A DNA stretch of 64,000 nucleotides from Tubiluchus corallicola. Lineage: Eukaryota; Animalia; Priapulida. How positions within the stretch are numbered: position 1 is the stretch's first letter; each line of letters opens with the position of its first letter. The notes below the pieces were generated by a model. The model ran no database searches. It saw nothing but the letters and a program-made list of their open reading frames with translations, and had not been told where the DNA came from. The DNA is taken from NCBI GenBank assembly GCA_030141605.1, contig JAQGDQ010001059.1, forward strand, positions 1-64,000, written 5' to 3'. Made by a program: the position numbers and the translations under genes. This document shows, piece after piece, positions 44,901 through 56,976 of this stretch.

Positions 44901-47176
44901 TAACGGTCATCGCTGGAGTTTAAATTTACATGTTTTATACAGCGTGACTGCCGATTGAAATCCTGCACGTAAAAAGGCAGTATGTAAGCGATATAAAATT
45001 TCAAAACGAATTTTTCAAGCTTTATGCAAGTGGAGGGTTTTCTTGTACTTTAAGGCAAAGAGAAAAAGTTTGATTAGTGCCAGTATTTCTTTATTTTTTT
45101 TAACATTCATGTAAAACCTGCACGAATCTAACTAAATTCACAGTAATGAGCATGGGCACAAATATTTAGGAGAACAGATTTAGGTGTTCCGGCACTGTAT
45201 CTCATCAACGTATCTGAAAACAAGAGGCAGTTACTTTAGAAAACCTGAAAATTCTGGATCGTTCCGAGAGCAAACACTCACCCGTCTGTATATGACGTCC
45301 GTGAAATGATAAAGATGCATGCTGCATTGGGAGGGCATGCTCATCTTTGTCACACTCATGATGAACTTCTCCAAACTCCCGTCCACCTGATGCTGTATAT
45401 GGCACCATAGCTCTATTAACCCCTGCAAAGTTAGAAATTATCAAATGCACCTGCAGATGGCAGCAGCATAGCTGTGCTAAGAAGGACACCAGAACTGCAT
45501 CAACCAATGTAAAGTTTGTGCAGAATTAAACATTAATTCAAAATCACTTGTAAATAAGCTGAGAAAATTTATTAAATATGTAGACAGATGGCAGCAGCTT
45601 AGCTGTGCTAAGAAGGACACCACAACTGCATCAACCAATGTAAAAGTTGATGGAGAATTAAACACTAATTCAAATTCACTTGTAAATAACCTGACAAAAT
45701 TTATTAAATATGCAGACAGATGGCAGCAGCATAGCTGTGCTAAGAAGGACACCACAACTGCATCAATGTAAAGTTTACGGAGAATTAAACACTAATTCAA
45801 AATCACTTGTAAATAACTTAATATGCAGACAGATGGCAGCAGCATAGCTGTGCTAACAAGGACACCACAACTGCATCAATGTAAAGTTTATGGAGAATTA
45901 AACACTAATTCAAAATCACTTGTAAATAAGCTGACAAATTTTATTAAATATGTAGATAGATGGCAGCAGCTTAGCTGTGCTAAGAAAGGCACCGTAACTG
46001 CATCAATGTAAAGTTTACGGAGAATTAAACACTAATTCAAAATCACTTGTAAATAACCTGACAGAACTCATTAAATATGCAGACAGATGGCAGCAGCATA
46101 GCTGTGCTAAGAAGGACACCACAACTGCATCAATGTAAAGTTTACGGAGAATTAAACACTAATTCAAAATCACTTGTAAATAACTTAATATGCAGACAGA
46201 TGGCAGCAGCATAGCTGTGCTAACAAGGACACCACAACTGCATCAATGTAAAGTTTATGGAGAATTAAACACTAATTCAAAATCACTTGTAAATAAGCTG
46301 ACAAATTTTATTAAATATGTAGATAGATGGCAGCAGCTTAGCTGTGCTAAGAAAGGCACCGTAACTGCATCAATGTAAAGTTTACGGAGAATTAAACACT
46401 AATTCAAAATCACTTGTAAATAACCTGACAGAACTCATTAAATATGCAGACAGATGGCAGCAGCATAGCTGTGCTAAGAAGGACACCACAACTGCATCAA
46501 TGTAAAGTTTACGGAGAATTAAACACTAATTCAAAATCACTTGTAAATAAGCTGACGAAACTTATCAAATATGTAGACAGATGGCAGCAGCTTAGCTATA
46601 ATATAACAAACGGCGAATGCAAATATTCGCTTAACGATTTATAAGGAAAAAATCTTTTCGCTTGCTCTTTTTACATTTTTTAATATTTATTTTTTATAAA
46701 TACCATTAATTAAAGTTTTTGAATGAATTTAAAATTTCCCACGGAATTTAAATACACTAATCATAACCCCTATCCTTAATCCAGAAGAAACCCTAACCCA
46801 AATCTGCTTCATAAACTGATTTCTTGCGTGTGGACAGCCGTAAATTTTAGCCGTAAGTTTTTAGCATAAGCAGAAAGTTTTACTAAAAAAATAACACATA
46901 TTTAACAAGAGGAAAAACATGGAACTGAGGAAATCGTATACTTCTTAGCCCGAAAGTATATATGAAACACATTTGCAGGTTTAGCAAAAAATTTATCAAA
47001 TGCACCTGCAGATGGCAGCAGCATACCTTTGTACAACACGTCGGCTCGCGTAGTAAAATGTTCTTAGCAAGAAACAGCTGTGCGAGTGTAGTGACTTTAC
47101 TCGAGTAACTCTCCCGTGATTCGCTCAGCAAATTGTACAACAACTGCACGGCGTCGTGGCATTTGATATCCGCAGT
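30617..47176 (-). CDS. ZNF292/RLF/ZNF654-family N-terminal-domain protein, >3300 aa, 5'-incomplete
   Basis: Exons 47176-47027, 45422-45282, 43981-42742, 40391-40276 and 38974-30617 splice in frame with GT-AG introns (10005 nt). The segment DIKCHDAVQLLYNL...ELWCHIQHQVDGSLEKF...LLELCIRGL...LARQCALTAFFVSPS...IKALYE is colinear with the helical N-terminal domain of ZNF292/RLF (recognised from memory). AT-hook motifs RPRGRPRK and KRGRPKK (twice) are present. Upstream exons were not found. Confidence 0.8.
39097..39410. mobile_element. Tc1/pogo (Tigger-like) MITE
   Basis: TA|CAGTCGACCCTCGTTAAACCGGAC...GTCCGGTTTAACGAAGGTTGACTG|TA. Confidence 0.85.
39622..40129 (+). mobile_element. 5S rRNA-derived SINE (SINE3-type) with an RTE-like body and tail
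   Basis: 39622-39704 is the 3' two-thirds of 5S rRNA (...CCTGGTTAGTACTTGGATGGGTGACCGCC...GTGCTGTAGGCTT) fused to a ~425-bp body ending CCATTGTCTTCCGAGACAGAAGGATGCCAACA; a second partial copy lies at 60476-60681. Confidence 0.8.
40276..40391 (-). CDS. Internal exon of the ZNF292/RLF-like gene
   Basis: TTTTGCAG acceptor, GTTAGC donor; phase 1/0 bridges the neighbours; encodes NAERQQQQQGWHDILPDDIQRQLAMS. Confidence 0.78.
40884..41410. repeat. 20-22-bp minisatellite (TAACTATRACTGCTAAGTTAT)
   Basis: About 25 degenerate tandem units. Confidence 0.92.
42118..42534. mobile_element. MITE family E (TIR CACTCATATCTCGGTTTG) sharing its core with family C
   Basis: Imperfect TIRs with TA flanks; inverted copy at about 59494-59921. 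Confidence 0.72.
42742..43981 (-). CDS. Internal exon of the ZNF292/RLF-like gene
   Basis: Overlaps ORF 42710-43924; TTTTTTCAG acceptor, G|GTAATA donor. Confidence 0.88.
45282..45422 (-). CDS. Internal exon of the ZNF292/RLF-like gene
   Basis: 141 nt, phase 0/0, GTGAGT donor; encodes GLIELWCHIQHQVDGSLEKF. Confidence 0.85.
45436..46597. repeat. About 113-130-bp tandem array (about 9 units) with a 367-bp higher-order period
   Basis: Unit contains CAGATGGCAGCAGCWTAGCTGTGCTAAG...GAATTAAACACTAATTCAAAATCAC; identical ORFs at 45823 and 46190 show the 367-bp period. Confidence 0.93.
47027..47176 (-). CDS. Most upstream identified exon of the ZNF292/RLF-like gene
   Basis: 150 nt, TTTTTTAG acceptor, GTATGC donor; encodes TADIKCHDAVQLLYNLLSES. 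Confidence 0.83.
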
Positions 47177-47354
47177 CTAAAAAAACAATGCAGAAATTAC
47201 CTGCGTGAGCACACTGATTTCTCAAAATACCAGCCTACATCCACTCCAATGAAAGCAAGAAACTAAAAAGGAACGCAGTCAAACCTCTTCGTATTTCCCG
47301 GTTTGGGAAAGCAAAAAATTGGCACTGAAATGAATCTGACGAGATGCATTAATA

Positions 47355-47749
47355 CAGGGGTGTGCAAATTATCTGACTAGCCGGGCCACATGCAGTTTGA
47401 TCAAGGAGCCAAGTACAGTAGGACCTAATAAAGATTTTTTTTGCATCCGATTTGCATATATCATTACTACTACACTCAAGAAACTATTTTAGAAGTTATT
47501 AAAATTTAAATTAAAAACCATATATTTCGTCATGTCCAGCAGTGACATTAAGTGACAACGGTCTTGTGCGGGTTAATGCCATCCGATCTAGAGGAAAAAA
47601 CTACCCGCACTATCTTTGCGATATTGGCACAGACTTCAGCTGGATCACATGGGCCGCACTTTCGTTACGTTGACAAACCTCTTCGCGGGCCGCACAAGAT
47701 CTCTCGGAGGGCCGCAAGTGGCCCACGGGCCGCAGTTTGCACACCCCTG
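47355..47749. mobile_element. hAT-type MITE family A (shorter variant)
   Basis: TIRs; TSD CATTAATA/TATTAATA. Confidence 0.88.
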
Positions 47750-50700
47750 TATTAATACATTTGAGTGTATTTAAGTACAGCCATTCTGTTCACGGCCATT
47801 TTGTAGATGGTAAAAGAATTTGGCATTATTCAAAATGGAGGGAGTGGCGTATGAAAGCTTGATAGTATAGTAATTAATTTAGATTGGTCACCATCTATTT
47901 GTGCGGCGACAACGAGGTGCCATGTTTAGTTAACAACAGGTGTAAGTAATTATAACATTAATGATGAATGTACACTAAATCAATATTACAGTCAAACAGT
48001 ACAACGCCAGGTTTGGGACACCACTGATTATGGCATTATGGCAAGGCTGGTGTTATTTCGGGGGCGACATAACAAGGTCCGACTGTATTATATTCTGTAC
48101 ACAGGATACACCTTCACCACAGCATTATATCCAATAAATCACTCCACAGAAGAGAATTTCACATATAAATTACACGAAAAGTGATACAATACACTACTGG
48201 GCAACTTTGCTCGACGATAGCCCGCGTAAATTTGCCAAAATTGAAAAATCAGCCGCGCACGAGAAGCCATTACCAGGAGAGGTACACTCAGTAAAAAAGA
48301 GGTCGATGGACATGGACGGCGAGCCTGCCACGGACAAAGAACCTCATCACAAATGTTTAAATGTCATTTATAAAAAGCTGAACTGATTAGAGAGTCTTAG
48401 TCGTAGTTGTATCATCAAATAAGACATTAGTATGTCTGTCAGGAGCAATATATCTGCACACATTAAACTGCAGTGCATGTTAGTGAAATAAGAAATATAT
48501 GATGCTTTAAAGCACAAGGAAAACCCTCTACTTAAGATAGAGCATAAAAAATTCGTCTCGAAATATTATACCACTTACCCTACTACCTTTTCGTACGCGT
48601 GGCTTGCATAGGTTGTAAAGTGTATAAAACACGTAAATTTAAACTTTAAATTTAAAGCAAACCTGGATCCATTTAAAACAAATATTGACAGGAAACATTC
48701 CATTTTTTCAAAAATGACTAACGTGAAAGAAAAATTACCACACAAACACAATTTCACGTTCGCGCCACTTGTTCGTCGCTGTTACATCCATCGCCATTCA
48801 CTAGTTAGACGGGCACAAGCACCTGCATTTCGGAAATGTATTACACAAAAAAACAGATGCTGTACCTCTCGGTTCAGATTTGTTTGCTTGTGACTGACTA
48901 TGCACATTCGACAGCTCATGCATGAGCACAGCGGTAACTTTGAAATTTGCATTTTTATCTTAAAACTTGCCTAGTTTTAGTACAACAGAATGAATCTCTT
49001 ACAGTAGCACTGTACCTCAATTTTCGCTTTCGCAAACACATGCAACATGCTCGTGGAATACTTTTGCTATTGAAAATTATGTTAGTTTGTGATGTCATCA
49101 ATAGCTGGGCTCACAGGCCGTTAATTAAGTTTTTAATCTATTCTTTAATTATTAGAAACGCTTTTGAAGTATCAGTTGTGTTAAAATGTATACTTTTTAT
49201 CGTATATGAAAAATCATCCTGTTTTTATTTAACAAAATTTTCACCAATAATAGGTTAGATAATATATCTCCTATTTTTGCAGCCTAAGCCAGAGCAAAAC
49301 AGAGTATGGTTCGTTCAAACAAACATTAATAGAGCTACCATTTCTATACAACCTGTAGTTAATGCATATCTTTCAACATATTTACGGCTGCCTGTACACA
49401 GCAACATATATGCAAGCAGCTTCTTTCTCAGAGCCAGAGGGTGCGGGTTGCCGCTATCTGTGTGAAACGTACACTGCCGTTTGTAAGACCTACTATAACT
49501 TTGCATGCACTCACAATGCGGATTAAATGTTCAATAATTTATGTAATAATAATTAGGATTAAATGTTCAATAATTCATGTAATAATAATTAGTTTGCTCG
49601 TAAAAATTAACAATGTCATGCAACTTAATGCGAAAATGAAATGATATTGCATAATCATGGGGTTCCGTAATTTGAAAGAACAAAAACCAATTTGAAAAAC
49701 TTAATTTCCACTGTTTAACATGATAAAATTTAAAGCTTGAACATTTCAGACAACAGTGCAGGGCTTTTGCACACCACGCTGTGTCCAAAAAAAATTACAT
49801 CAAATTAATTTAAATTTATTCAATTTAAATGACCATTAATTACCAAGATTCTGTATTGCCCCGAAACTCAACAAATTCATTAAAAACAGCACTAAATATT
49901 GTCTGCAGGCCACTCCTAAAAGCAAAACTTTACTGCCCAATCTTATCTTAAAAAGATTACATGTGACACCTTCCACTGCGACAATGGCAATATTGCAATC
50001 CATTAATGATTATTCAATGCCATTTTTATGCTAAAAAGCTTTCTTTATTCTCACAGTTATGCGTACATATCATAAATATTAGAATTAGAAAGAATTAGTG
50101 AGTACCGGCAACCTCGCATACTTTAAATATGCATTATTCTAAACAGCACCTGGATTATAAGTAACACTGGCAACACGTCATGGACGAAGTCGCTTCCTTT
50201 CGTGGTCGGACGTACAAGCAACAAAGTTCGGTTAAATTTAGGCAAAATAAGCGAATTTTCACAAAAATAACATGAACACACTTATCTTGGACGTCTCTGA
50301 CAAACATACGTCTTACAATGCAAAAAATAAATTTAATAAAACAGCTTCAAAAGCCTTACCAAATATCGGCAAAATTCTTGTTCTGTCAACGCCATCTTTG
50401 TAGGATTCGTTCTCTGAAAATTTTTGCAGAGAGCTGCATGCTGCTGCCATCTATAAACCATAAACAACACTATGAGACACTCCCATGTTACACGTTGACT
50501 AAATTTTCCGCTAGATGACACTAAAACATATTTTCTCAATTTGTCGTTTATTAAAGCTTTCGTTAGATGACGCCAATTGACAGTTAGAAACTACGGCATT
50601 ATAATATTGCTCTAAATCCATCCCCACACTCTCTCAATCACAGTAAGCAAAAAATAGTCTGTTCTGAAATGCTTTTGTCTGGCCCCATGACACAGCTGAC

Positions 50701-51417
50701 ATATAAAACACCACGTAAAAGAAAATATTATCACAGTCTACGTAGCTAATATATTTTTCATTAAAAAAAATAAATACACTGCTAGCATTGATGTTTTATT
50801 TATTTATTTTTTATTTATTATTATTATGTTGTCAGCAGACTGCAGTTTGCTTTTAAATATAGTTACTGGCGCACCTTCTATTGGTAGAAGGAGCAAGCAT
50901 ATAACTTGCTCACTTTAAAATTTAGTTACTTACATATATTTAAGAATTTTAGAAAGAATAAAATAATATGTTTGCTTACCTACAATATTTAACAAAATTT
51001 AAAGAAGTGTGGGATGGCGAAAAACCAAAATGGTGTTCTAGTCTGCATTATCTAAATAGCAAAACTGCCAATCTCTTTCAACAAGGTTAATTACATATAA
51101 AGTTTTAGTTGTTCACATAGGTCATAGGTGACATTTAAAAGATTAAAGTAATAATATTAGCCAAAAGGACAGATTAATAACTTTCATGTTTTTTTGAGAT
51201 TTGGTCATAAGGGCAGAAGAAAACAGTGAATTATTGACAAAAAATTTCTCATTTTTAGGAATACTTTGTGGAGAAGGCAGGGTCCGTCAGTCTGCTCTCC
51301 TTGGTCAAAAATCAGAGAAAGAATATTACTAGATATTAAGAAAAGCAAAATATATGTATATTACGATATTATAATATACAGTATAAAATCAATGTGCGTG
51401 AGCAAGACAAAATGTAA

Positions 51418-51418
<1 letters not shown>

Positions 51419-51508
<90 letters not shown>

Positions 51509-51560
51509 TATTATTATTATTATCGTTATCGATATCATTATCAATTATTATTATTATTAC

Positions 51561-51606
<46 letters not shown>
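51419..51606. repeat. (ATT)n microsatellite
   Basis: Direct reading. Confidence 0.95.
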
Positions 51607-52204
51607 GTACAACTGTGCCTGTCATATTTTAATAAATTTAACTTCAGTCAAAGACTTAATTATAATCAGATTGGGTCTGAGAATTGAAAGTAAGACAATC
51701 TGAACAAAACTCGGACATGTAGAGCAAAATATACTCATTGTGTTATGTTGTTTGTTTTTTAATATCCTTATTATGTCCATGGTACAGGTTGTAAATTTGA
51801 GCAGTCTAAAGTTTCGTCAATTGTTGCTGACTGTTGTGCTCTGTACATTCTTTTCTCATTAATTGTGAATGATGCCAATGGGTAATCTGATAATATTAGC
51901 TTAACTAAAACCACGGTAACTACAAAGCACAATAAAATTTGTTCTTAAGCTTTTCATTATAAAGATTTTATAAAGACTTTGTTAGACAATGCCTAAGCAT
52001 ATCATGTGCAAACATTATTCTGGAAAACCTTGGTAGGAAATAAATGAATTAGAAGTTGCAGATGATTTACTTTACTTTACTTTATACTACTTTTCTTTTC
52101 TTTGCTTTGCTTTGCTTTACTTTATTAAAACAGTGATAGAAGCTTTAGATACATATTAAACTATAAACTTATTGCAAGAATTCTATTTGTAGCACAACTG
52201 GCAG

Positions 52205-52900
52205 TATTATTTTTAGGCATTACTGTCGACAATAAACTCACTTGGGATGAATAGTTTCATTAAATATACAACAAAATGGCTTTAAGCACGGCATTCTTAC
52301 ACCAAGCCAGAGGCCATTTAACCAAGAAAACAAAAATTCTCATCTACAAAAGTCTAATATTACCACAGTATCTGAATGGTTGCACTTTGCTTCAAAACGT
52401 TAAAAATGAAAACTTTAGAAAACTAAATACAATGCAAAACTACGCACTTAGATTAATTCATGGCTACTCTCACAAAACTTCTAAACAACATGCTGCCTCT
52501 GCAACAAGCTTAAGAACGTCCACAAAAATACCAATATTAGAAGCCTATCGAGATTGCAAAACACTGATATTTCTTTATAAATATATCAATAAACTGGGCA
52601 TTCAGTTTGTCATTCATTCCCTATACCACTTTAAACAGTAGAATACAGAATTACGATAAATTTGGAAATAACTCTATATCAAAACAAGCCATACATTTAT
52701 GGAACTTACTACCCAGTGAAATAAAACAAATAGAATCTCTCCACCAGTTTACAAAGAAATTCAAAGAATATCAATATAACAGGTTTCAACTTCCAAATTA
52801 TGCATCTGATACTAATTACACAGACTTAACTTCCATCTACCCCCGCCCTAGACTCCATAAAACGATTGAAAATGAATTTTTAAGAAAAAGTATGTAATGT
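52205..52900 (+). mobile_element. Decayed 3' fragment of a CR1/L2-group LINE ORF2
   Basis: FLGITVDNKLTW...YKSLILP...MQNYALRLI...LWNLLP with stops and frameshifts; paralogous to 55040-55732. Confidence 0.85.
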
Positions 52901-53319
52901 AATACGTGTTATGCTAGTTTTGTAATGTCAAATGTAAAAATAGTGTAAATGTAATGAGTGAAATTTATGCAATGTAAAGCATGTTTCTGTTAATTGTGTT
53001 ATGTTAAATGTATATATAGTGCAAGATGTGTACGCAAAATTTAATGTATTTTTTGTAATATTGTTTTGTAAAAATATTTTAATATGGTGTTTGTAAATAT
53101 TTCCATTTATTGTATATAATTAGACCTTAGTTTTGCAAGAAAAAAATATCACAGTTTTCATGTTTCATTTTAAAAATGCCAAATTTCTCATTCACCAAAT
53201 ATTTAATGGGAGTCGCAGTGAGATTTGAATTAATCAACATGCTCAGTCATTTACAAATAGTTAAAAAAATAGTTATCTACTTTTTCAAATAATTAAAGTG
53301 AAAATTCCTGTTATAAGCC

Positions 53320-55935
53320 TCAGATTCCTCAGCCACAGTAATCGACCATTTCATTTCGAATAGTAACAATAATTTCGTAGCATATGATACTTTCCCGTGT
53401 GATTATTCAGATCATCATTTCACAATATTAGTAGATAAAATGACCCCACAGCATAATAATAACCAAAATTCAGTCTGGCATTTAATGAGAGACTACGCCC
53501 AATACAACAAACATTCATACTTAATCGACTTAGCAAAAATGAACTGGACCTCCATATATATGACTGATAAAATAGATACACAAGTTAATATTCTGACATA
53601 TAATGTCGAATATTGCCTTAATGTACATGCACCATATAAAAACGTAAAGCAAATCCCACAACAAAGCAAACTCAATAACGAAAGTACCTGGACAACACCT
53701 GAACTTGACAAACTAAGAATAGCGAAAAACAGAATGTATAATATATGGGAAAAGAACAAAACTAAAAACAATCATAACAATTATAAAAAAAAAGAGAAAT
53801 CAATTTAATAATCTTAATAAATGCTTGAAAAATAAACATATACAACAACAATGTAAAAACGCAACAAATACCAAAGAAAAATGGAAAATTATTAACAATG
53901 TAATAAATAAATGCCGTAACAAACTAACGCGTGTTGACGAAATTAAGATCAACAACACTGTTATTACAAAACCCAAAGATATTGCCAACGCGCTAAATGC
54001 AATATTCCTGAATCTTGGAAATTTTAAGGGAGTGGCTTCTCATATTAGCAATAATATAATTAATAAATTAAAAAACAAATCGTCTAACACAGTATTCTCA
54101 TTCAAAAGCGTCACAGTAGGAGAAATTAATGACATATTAAATAACCTAAGTTCCAACAAAGGGAGTGGACCATCAGATATTCCTATCAAAATTCTAAAAG
54201 ATAGCGCATCTGTAATAGCCCCGCATATGACTTACATTGCTAATCAGATAATTATGAGAGGCGAATTTCCAACGGTATGTAAAATGGCAAACGTGACTCC
54301 AATCCATAAAAAAGATCCAAAATGTGATCCCATGAATTATCGCCCAATTTCCGTAATCCATTGTTTCGGCAAAGTTTGGGAAAGGGTAATTTATGATCAG
54401 ATAAATTCATATGTAAATAAACATGAACTTTTATCAAAACATCAGTTTGGCTTCCGTAAACACCATTCAACCATTGACGCCCTAATACGCACAACAGAAA
54501 ATTGGAGACATAGTTTAGACAACAAGCAATACATTTTAGCAGCATTTTTGGATTTAAGTAAAGCTTTCGATAGCATTAATCACGAACTACTTTACGATAA
54601 TTTAAAACAAATCGGATTAGATTCGATATCGTTAAAACTGATACAAAATTCTCTCAAAGATAGACAACAACGAGTAAAGTTAGATACAACCAACTTTTCT
54701 GACTGGGCCACGTTAAACAGAAATATACCGCAAGGAACACTACTAGGTCCGTTATTATTTTGCCTATATATAAACAACATATCCAGTGTATTAAAACACT
54801 CACAAATAACGCAATACGCTGATGACACTACAATCTACATAGCCCATGAAAATGTCCAAACTGCAAAAAATTATTTAGAAGAAGATATAAAAAATATAAA
54901 TATGGCATTTAGTCATTACAAGCTAAAAATGAATAATGACAAAACAGAATTCACGATACTGTCACCCTCATTAAATACTAATGATGCATCATCAACCACT
55001 TTGACAATAGATAATGCTGTAATCAAACAAACTAACAATGTTAAATTCCTGGGCATACAAGTAGACAATAATCTTTCATGGGATGATCACTTTAATAACA
55101 TATACACAAAAATGGCATCTAGCACATCATATCTCCGACAAGTTGAAGGGCAACTAACAAAGGAAACTAAAACACTAATATATAAAACTTTAGTTCTACC
55201 ACACTTCTTATATGGATGTACGCTACTTCAAAAAACCAAAAGAGAAAATTACTTAAAATTAAATCTCCTTCAAAACTATGCGTTGAGATTGATAGCTGGG
55301 TACTCATACAAACACAAGGCAGGTAGACAAAAATTCAAAGCTTCAACAACTAACCTGAGAAAAACTTTAAAATTCCCAATCATTGAAGCACACAAAGAAT
55401 ATTTTACTCTGCTTTTTATATTTAAATACATTAACAACATCAGCAAACCATTCCAGAATAACAGATTTATCTTTTTTCCAAATCCTATCGTTAATTCCAG
55501 AACAAGCAATCTAAAACAAATTAGGACAAATACCCACTATGGAACGAACTCTGTAATCAAACAAGCAATTTTACTTTGGAATTCTCTACCATTACAGGTT
55601 AAACAAATCAAGTCCCTATCAGCATTTAAAACAAAATTAAAATCACTAATATTAACCAGATATGAAATACCATCACACCAGTACGACAACATACACACTA
55701 ATTCCGAATTCATATACCCACGGCCATATTAATTAAATTATAGTTTTTTTTTATATTTTTTTGTGTATAGTTGTAAATATGTTTGATTTTATTCGTCATT
55801 ACTGCACAGTAGTTTAGATTGCACTGACGCATTTGCCTTCAGCAGTGTAAGTTTTTATTAACTAACACTGATTGATTATCTCTATAAAGTTTTTATCAGT
55901 GATTATCAATGTTTTTAATGGCAAATAAAGATTAT

Positions 55936-55968
<33 letters not shown>
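53320..55968 (+). mobile_element. 5'-truncated CR1/L2-group LINE (endonuclease end + reverse transcriptase)
   Basis: APE C-terminal motifs TVIDHF..SDH at about 53335-53420; frameshift near 53800; ORF 53825-55732 has NYRPIS, QFGFR, FLDLSKAFD, PQGTLLGPLLF, YADD and KFLG; 3' AATAAAGATTATT/(TA)n tail. Confidence 0.93.
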
Positions 55969-56097
55969 ACTGCCTTGGCTTAACTTGACCACAGTATAAT
56001 TATATTTCGTGTGTACAAAACGTAGAAAGAAACAAAACCTGGAGGTTTGTAAACGGTGCGTTAAAAAATTGCAGAAATCGAAGGATCGCGGTCATAG

Positions 56098-56172
56098 TTT
56101 CGCGGGTTTTTGAATACTGTTTCTTTGAAAATTGTGTTCCGTAGATTGGTCTTCAAAAAGTTATAGGTAAGT
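56098..56172 (+). promoter_or_regulatory. Putative cell-cycle promoter (E2F/CDE + CHR) and non-coding first-exon donor of SPC24
   Basis: TTTCGCGG (56098-56105) closely followed by TTTGAA (56109-56114), a second TTTGAA (56124-56129), then a strong donor AG|GTAAGT at 56167. Confidence 0.55.
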
Positions 56173-56734
56173 TCACCAGGTTCATGAGTATTTGTGAATT
56201 GCAACCGACGAGAACTGGTGTTTTTTCAATGTGGCATGGCCAAAGGTAGTATGCTGCTCCTGGGCTGAACAGTGAAATATTACTGTGACAGTTTAGTCGT
56301 GTGTGATAAAACGTACTTGCATATGTGTACACCTTGATAGAGACTCAGCATAATATAAAGCCTACTGTAAAGAGACTAGACGACGAAAGAATTCACATTA
56401 AAATTATATGTCAACGAAAACACAAAAGAAACAGTACTGTTTCTTGTTTAATATGGAAGACATGGGTTTTTTATTTTTGCATGCGTTCTTGACATGAATT
56501 TAAGTAAAAATCTGTTCTCTTTTTTTTGGTACATACTTTTTTGGTCTCACGTATTTTACATGATTATGATTTCTTATTGTTGCGGTGGTAAAGCAAGGTT
56601 TTGGAACTGGAGTCAGTAAATATCTGGCCACCTGTTTTTGCAGTGACTAGTAGAGGTACAGATCTATACAGTTATTTAAGTTAACCAATCTCTTGGACCA
56701 CTTTTTTGTTTCTTTTTTTATAAAATTCAGTATG

Positions 56735-56894
56735 CAGGGATGAGAATTTTCTGCAGATACGCAGAATTCCGAGTTTTTGGAAGGCCAGTAGTGCCATTTG
56801 TGTAAATCGCGTAAATTTGTTGAGAAAATTTTTACGGACCCAAAACCCCCGACCTGTTTCAGAGTTTTTTTGCAATTTGTCATTCTCATCCCTG
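56735..56894. mobile_element. MITE family C, internally deleted
   Basis: Both TIRs retained; TSD AGTATG/AGTATG. Confidence 0.85.
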
Positions 56895-56976
56895 AGTATG
56901 CTGTGTAGTTTTATGAGCACCTATTTGAAGAGTGTCACATATTATAGGATACTTGCACTGCCGAAGTTTGAGAACC

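Noticed and set aside
49315-49506. Candidate upstream exon of the ZNF292-like gene (also 58892-59131)
   Set aside because: Only vague similarity; donors are weak, and for the 49.3-kb candidate the phase is incompatible with the phase-0 exon at 47176.
51266-51703. 145-aa poly-Leu ORF
   Set aside because: It is a translation of an (ATT)n microsatellite.
56932-56976. N-terminal extension of SPC24 from the ORF-track GTG start
   Set aside because: It crosses the splice acceptor at 56947; ATG 56977 (ACCATG) is the better start.
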